A stretch of DNA of 64,000 bases. It comes from Candidatus Omnitrophota bacterium. Lineage in GTDB: Bacteria > Omnitrophota > Gorgyraeia > Zapsychrales > JANLHA01. The notes beneath the pieces are model-generated. The model searched no databases, was not told where the DNA came from, and worked only from the letters and a program-made list of their open reading frames with translations. Location: NCBI GenBank assembly GCA_029560465.1, contig JAKQKX010000045.1, positions 152,260 to 216,259 on the forward strand. Direction: 5' to 3'. Of the stretch, positions 59,404 through 64,000 are shown one piece after another. The stretch's first letter is position 1; each line of letters begins with the position of its first letter. A program made the position numbers and the translations under genes.

Positions 59404-60585
59404 TTAGCTTTTATACACCCTGGGGAGGCGGCTGCCCAGGCTACAGAGGATTTCGTAATTGATCGTTCCCGCGTACCCGGCCAGCTCATCGGCTGCAATC
59501 TCCTCCTGCTTCTGTTTGCCAAGGATCACCGCCGTCTGCCCGATCTTCACTCCCGGGACGCGGGACACATCCACGACAATCTGATCCATGGTGACCCGCC
59601 CCAGGAGGGGGCAGCGCTGCCCGTTAACAAGGACCGAAGACTTGTTGGACAAACTGCGGAAATAACCGTCGCTGTACCCGATCGGCAGGACCGCGGCCAC
59701 CAGGTCACACGGCGCGACAAACGTGTGCCCGTAACTGATGCCCTGGCCTTTCAAAACCGTCTTGATAAAGATAATCCGCGTTTTCACGCTCATTGCCGGC
59801 TGGAGCTTAACTTTCTGCGCCAGGCGTATATCGGGGTAAAGCCCGTACAGCATGATCCCGGGGCGGACCAGGTTAAAGATCACCGCTTGGTAATCGATCA
59901 GCCCGGCGCTGTTAGCCGCGTGGACATACGGGACCACCAGTCCCTGCCGGTCAAGGGTCTTGACCAATTCATGCATCTGCGTAACTTGCGTGACCGTATA
60001 GTCCGGATTGCTGTCCGCCAGGGGGAAATGGGTGTAAAGCCCTTTGACGGAAAGGTTCTTAAGACGCATCACGTCCTTAATAAAGCCTTCCGCGCCCCGA
60101 TGCCAAACCCCGAGCCGCCCCATGCCGGTATCAACTTTGATATGAACATCAACCGGCCGGCCGATCTTCTTGGCGTAAGTGTTTAAAGACGACGCCAAGG
60201 ACAGCGTGCAAACCGTCGGGATCAGGTTATAATCCACAATATCCTTAACTTGCGAGGGGAGCGAAGTTTCTAAAAGCAGAATTTTCTTCTTGATGCCGTT
60301 TTTCCTTAAAAGGATGCCTTCCGGGATATCGGACACCCCGAAAAATTCCACGCTCATCCGGTTGAGCATTTGTGCCACCTGAATCATGCCGTGGCCGTAG
60401 GCGTCCGCCTTGATCACGGTCAGGACTTCCGGAAACCGCGCGGCCTTCCTCCCTTTGGCGGGATACGGGAGCAGCTCGACTTGCCGCTCCTGGACCATCT
60501 TCCTGATCTGCTGATAATTATTCCGGATGGCTTTCAAGTCCACCTCCACCCAGGACAAATAATGATGCGCTTGACGCAAGCTCAT
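59404..60585 (-). CDS. alr: Alanine racemase
   Basis: VIKADAYGHG, HIKVDTGMGRLG, HAANSA, VRPGIMLYG, IGYSDGY, GTINYE. Confidence 0.98.
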   Translation of the reverse strand: MSLRQAHHYLSWVEVDLKAIRNNYQQIRKMVQERQVELLPYPAKGRKAARFPEVLTVIKADAYGHGMIQVAQMLNRMSVEFFGVSDIPEGILLRKNGIKKKILLLETSLPSQVKDIVDYNLIPTVCTLSLASSLNTYAKKIGRPVDVHIKVDTGMGRLGVWHRGAEGFIKDVMRLKNLSVKGLYTHFPLADSNPDYTVTQVTQMHELVKTLDRQGLVVPYVHAANSAGLIDYQAVIFNLVRPGIMLYGLYPDIRLAQKVKLQPAMSVKTRIIFIKTVLKGQGISYGHTFVAPCDLVAAVLPIGYSDGYFRSLSNKSSVLVNGQRCPLLGRVTMDQIVVDVSRVPGVKIGQTAVILGKQKQEEIAADELAGYAGTINYEILCSLGSRLPRVYKS

Positions 60586-60588
60586 GGG

Positions 60589-61302
60589 TTACCTCCTCAC
60601 TTGACAATGTTCCGGATATAAATATAAAGGGACAAGGGTGTCTGGGGCATCCGTCTGTTTCCTGGCGATGCGGTCCAATACCAGCGGCAGCATCCTGTTG
60701 GCCCTGGGAAACCACATCCGCTCCTGAGCCCAATGACAGCGAAGGACAGACAAAGAACTCCGGCCCCGGCTCGCATACTCTTCAATGCGGTCTCTATAGA
60801 GCGGCACGGCGTCTCCAAGGAAAATGGTTTCTCCTTTAAGGCGGGGGAGAAAATCATCCAGGCCCGTTAACAGGTACGGGCAAGCCCGTTTCAACCCCCG
60901 CGGGGTCGCCCGGTAAAGGCACGCATAAACCAAATCCCGGCGGGCATCAACCAGCGTCGCGACATAAGGAACGGCCGTGTTTAAAACATTCTGCGCCAGG
61001 GTATCGAGGCTGGGAATCCCGACCACGGGTTTGCCGGACGCCAGGCAAAACGCTTTAACCGTGGCCAAGCCCACCCGCAGGCTGGTGAACGACCCCGGCC
61101 CGGTCCCAATCCCGAAGCCGCTGACATCCCCCAGAGAAATACCGGCCTGTTTAAGCAGACGCTCTATACAGGGGATGATCGAGGATGATAACACCTTATC
61201 CAGCTTAATATTCCTGAACCGTGCCACCGCTCCGCCCCGGCTGACGGCCAGGCTGAAGTTCTTGGTCGACGTATCCATGAGAAGGTAACATTTAGGTTTC
61301 AT
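60589..61302 (-). CDS. tsaB: tRNA t6A biosynthesis protein TsaB
   Basis: MDTST, GPGSFTSLRVG, DARR..VY, PLYL. Confidence 0.95.
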   Translation of the reverse strand: MKPKCYLLMDTSTKNFSLAVSRGGAVARFRNIKLDKVLSSSIIPCIERLLKQAGISLGDVSGFGIGTGPGSFTSLRVGLATVKAFCLASGKPVVGIPSLDTLAQNVLNTAVPYVATLVDARRDLVYACLYRATPRGLKRACPYLLTGLDDFLPRLKGETIFLGDAVPLYRDRIEEYASRGRSSLSVLRCHWAQERMWFPRANRMLPLVLDRIARKQTDAPDTLVPLYLYPEHCQVRR

Positions 61303-61772
61303 GGTGAAAATGCTTTCAATTCCTTAAGCATCCGGGAATAGCGCTCATCCTCCGCCGAAAGCGTTATACGCCGCCGGGTTTCATCGATAAAAACAAATTC
61401 GGTCCTCAAATAGACCTTCGGGATGAGCGGGCCAAACCGCTCCGACCACTCTATAAACGAAACGCCTTCCCCGTAAAGGAAATCGTCATAGCCGATGGCC
61501 GCGATATCGTCCGGTTTCTCCAGGCGGTAAAAATCATAATGATACAGCACAAGCCGCCCGTGATAAATGTTGAGCAAAACAAACGTGGGGCTGTGAATGT
61601 CCCCGGGATCAATGCCCAGCCCTTGAGCCACGCCCCTGACAAAGGTGGTCTTGCCGCTTCCCAGGTCTCCGAACATGCAGATGATGTCCCCCGGGAGAAG
61701 CCGCCGGCCGAGCCTTTGCCCTAAGGCCAAGGTCTCCGCCGCCGATCGCGTTGTCAGTGTGAATGACGCCAT
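61299..61772 (-). CDS. tsaE: tRNA t6A biosynthesis ATPase TsaE
   Basis: GDLGSGKTTF, SPTFVL, HYDFYRL, IEW. Confidence 0.96.
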   Translation of the reverse strand: MASFTLTTRSAAETLALGQRLGRRLLPGDIICMFGDLGSGKTTFVRGVAQGLGIDPGDIHSPTFVLLNIYHGRLVLYHYDFYRLEKPDDIAAIGYDDFLYGEGVSFIEWSERFGPLIPKVYLRTEFVFIDETRRRITLSAEDERYSRMLKELKAFSP

Positions 61773-61775
61773 ACG

Positions 61776-62690
61776 TTAAAAATGAGCAAATCCTTTCCGG
61801 GCGATTTCTCGCACGCAGCCCTGCCTGTCCTTTAAATACACCGCCGGGCTTCCGGGCTGAATCTCTCCTATCCGGATATACCTCCTCCGGGCACTGGGAT
61901 CAAGTTTGCGCAGCTTAACCGCTTTCCGTTTTGGTAAAGAGAACAACAACTCATAATCTTCACCGTCATAAAGCGCTTCCTTTAAAGTAGCCCCTCGCGC
62001 GAGCGGGATTTGGCTCTCCACCAAACAGGCGCGGCAGCCGCTCTCTTCAAGGATATGCCCCAGGTCCGCGGCCAGGCCATCGGAGATGTCAATCATCGCC
62101 GACGGCTTCAGGCCGTTTAAGATTAAAAACCTCGCCTCCTCCACCCGGGGCTTAAACCGCAAATCCTTGCCGCTCTTCCACGCCCGTCCCAAAGGGCCGG
62201 TCACAAAAATCTCATCCCCGGAGGCCGCGCCGCGCCGTAACACCACGTCTTTCAGGCGGGCTTCCCCGGTGAGCGCCACATTAATGGCCAGGCAGCGGCT
62301 TTTGACGGTATCCCCTCCGACGATATTGACTCTGAATTCCCTGGCGCAACCGGTCAGCCCCTTATAGAGCTTTACCAGGGCACTCACTCCCGTCCGGGGA
62401 GGGATGGCGACGGAAACGAGCGCGTGGCGGGGCACCCCGCCCATAGCCGCGATATCGCTGACATTCCGCGCCAGGGCTTTCCGTCCGATCAACTCCGGGG
62501 AGGTCCCGGGTTTAAAATGAACGCCTTCCACCAGCATGTCTGCGGTCATCAATATCTGTTTGCCACGGGTAGGAGCCTTGACCACGGCGGTGTCGTCTCC
62601 GGCGGGAACCAAGACGCAAGCGTCCGCCGGCAGCATGCGTTTGATCCGTTCAATAAATCCGAATTCACCGATTTCTGATAAGGTTTTCAT
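61776..62690 (-). CDS. thiL: Thiamine-monophosphate kinase
   Basis: GEFGFI, GDDTA, NVSDIAAMGG, GGDT, IDISDGL, GEDYEL. Confidence 0.96.
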   Translation of the reverse strand: MKTLSEIGEFGFIERIKRMLPADACVLVPAGDDTAVVKAPTRGKQILMTADMLVEGVHFKPGTSPELIGRKALARNVSDIAAMGGVPRHALVSVAIPPRTGVSALVKLYKGLTGCAREFRVNIVGGDTVKSRCLAINVALTGEARLKDVVLRRGAASGDEIFVTGPLGRAWKSGKDLRFKPRVEEARFLILNGLKPSAMIDISDGLAADLGHILEESGCRACLVESQIPLARGATLKEALYDGEDYELLFSLPKRKAVKLRKLDPSARRRYIRIGEIQPGSPAVYLKDRQGCVREIARKGFAHF

Positions 62691-62719
62691 GAGGAAGGAG
62701 ACTCCCCGTTCATATCCGG

Positions 62720-63787
62720 CTAAGGATATGCCCGGCAGCTTTTCGGCTTCTTTCCAAAAACCCGGGAAATGTTGCGTGTAAAAGGCGGCTTGATAATGCC
62801 GTGTTCCGTGATAATGACGGTGATCAAACGGTTCCCGGTGACGTCAAAAGCCGGGTTAAAAACCTTGACTGTCCTGGGCGCCGCGACCTGCCCATTGAAT
62901 CCGCGGACTTCGGAGGCGTCCCGCTCTTCGATCGGAATCTGCGCGCCGCTCTGAAGAGAAAGATCAAACGTTGACCGCGGCGCCACCACATAAAACGGAA
63001 TTTTATGGTGACGCGCCAGGACCGCCAGGCTGTAAGTCCCGATCTTATTCGCCGCATCCCCGTTGGCCGCGATCCGGTCCGCGCCGGTAAAAACCGCCGC
63101 GATACGCTTGTCCCTCATCACCGTCGCCGCCATACTGTCGCAGATGAGCGTGATGTCAATCCGGGCCTTCATAAGCTCCCAGGCGGTCAACCGGGCGCCC
63201 TGCAAAAGCGGCCTGGTCTCGCACGCGTAGACGGAAAAAATTTTCCCTTGTTCCTGGGCCGCGTAAAAAACGCCCAGTGCGGTCCCATAATCCACTGTAG
63301 CCAAAGCTCCGGCATTACAGATGGTCATGACCTTCTCGCCGTCATGGATCAAGGAGGCCCCCCAGCGGCCCATCGACCGGCAGACTTGCCGGTCTTCTTC
63401 ATAAATCAAAAACGCTTCCTCCTTCAGCAGCCGTTTCCACTGCGCGACGCTCGCGCCCGGATTCCGCTCCAAAACCGCCTTCATGCGGTCTAGGGCGTTG
63501 AACAAATTGACGGCTGTCGGCCTCGACGAGCCGATATAGTCACAAACCTGGCGCACCTGCCGGGCGAACTTATCTTGACTAGCCCCCGGAAAATCTTTCA
63601 CCCCCAGCATGACCCCGAACCCGGCCGCCACGCCCAGCGCCGGAGCGCCCCGCACGCTTAAGCGCCGGATGGCGTCCCATAATGTTTTAAGGTCATGGCA
63701 GTCAATATATACGATATCATGCGGAAGCCGCGTCTGGTCAATCAGCTTAATATGGTCTTTCACCCATTGGATGGTCGTGACGGCCAT
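62720..63787 (-). CDS. mtnA: Methylthioribose-1-phosphate isomerase
   Basis: DQTRLP, VRGAPALG, RPTAVNL, CNAGALAT, ETRPLLQGARLT, NKIGTY, NPAFDVT. Confidence 0.97.
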   Translation of the reverse strand: MAVTTIQWVKDHIKLIDQTRLPHDIVYIDCHDLKTLWDAIRRLSVRGAPALGVAAGFGVMLGVKDFPGASQDKFARQVRQVCDYIGSSRPTAVNLFNALDRMKAVLERNPGASVAQWKRLLKEEAFLIYEEDRQVCRSMGRWGASLIHDGEKVMTICNAGALATVDYGTALGVFYAAQEQGKIFSVYACETRPLLQGARLTAWELMKARIDITLICDSMAATVMRDKRIAAVFTGADRIAANGDAANKIGTYSLAVLARHHKIPFYVVAPRSTFDLSLQSGAQIPIEERDASEVRGFNGQVAAPRTVKVFNPAFDVTGNRLITVIITEHGIIKPPFTRNISRVFGKKPKSCRAYP

Positions 63788-63817
63788 GATGATTCCTATC
63801 TCTTATATTAAGCATCA

Positions 63818-63921
63818 ACCGGGCGGGTTAGGACGGATGACGTGAATTAGCATCCCGTTCCTTCATTTGTGGTGTCGGGAACGGGATGCGCTTGAACGGA
63901 ATCCGTCCTAATCCGCCCGGT
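63818..63921. repeat. Long palindromic (MITE/REP-like) element
   Basis: 21-bp outer IR (1 mismatch) plus 12-bp inner IR; flanked by about 18-bp direct repeats. Confidence 0.8.
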
Positions 63922-63923
63922 CA

Positions 63924-64000
63924 TTATGATTCTATCTCTATCCTGGGAAACAAAGCGTCATGCGCCTTCAGCTCGGTGCCGGGCTTCAAGCCCCCCCACA
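63924..64000 (-). CDS. metG: Probable methionyl-tRNA synthetase, C-terminal end (gene starts beyond window)
   Basis: Manual translation WGGLKPGTELKAHDALFPRIEIES*, typical end of the MetRS anticodon-binding domain. Confidence 0.7.
   Translation of the reverse strand, partial: WGGLKPGTELKAHDALFPRIEIES

Noticed and set aside
1-64000. CRISPR array, cas genes or intact integrase
   Set aside because: No regularly spaced repeats seen; no ORF with Cas, tyrosine or serine recombinase motifs

Overview
Bacterial chromosome window, mostly minus-strand genes, from an anaerobic diderm. The giant gene at 37.4-43.5 kb suggests Ca. Omnitrophota (inference). In order: (1) a Rex-boxed trimeric [FeFe]-hydrogenase operon (rex, histidine kinase, REC-HydC fusion, HydB, HydA, REC, hydF); (2) membrane glycosyltransferase-like and exported hypothetical genes; (3) a decayed integration hotspot downstream of smpB-ssrA, with two extra copies of the tmRNA 3' end, an integrase-less attC cassette array, and IS3 and Y1-transposase remnants; (4) AEC transporter, lpdA, tRNA-Leu and an MBOAT/SGNH pair; (5) a ~2040-aa exported protein whose modules are delimited by ten S-S-P-[V/L/I] motifs, a candidate polyprotein or modular effector system and the top finding; (6) maf/pyrE, a DUF134-MMPL-LolA-like operon, a TonB receptor, comF-lptFG, an AT-rich two-gene insert, alr-tsaB-tsaE-thiL-mtnA and the metG 3' end. 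No CRISPR array or intact integrase was seen. All calls come from reading motifs by eye; no searches were run.
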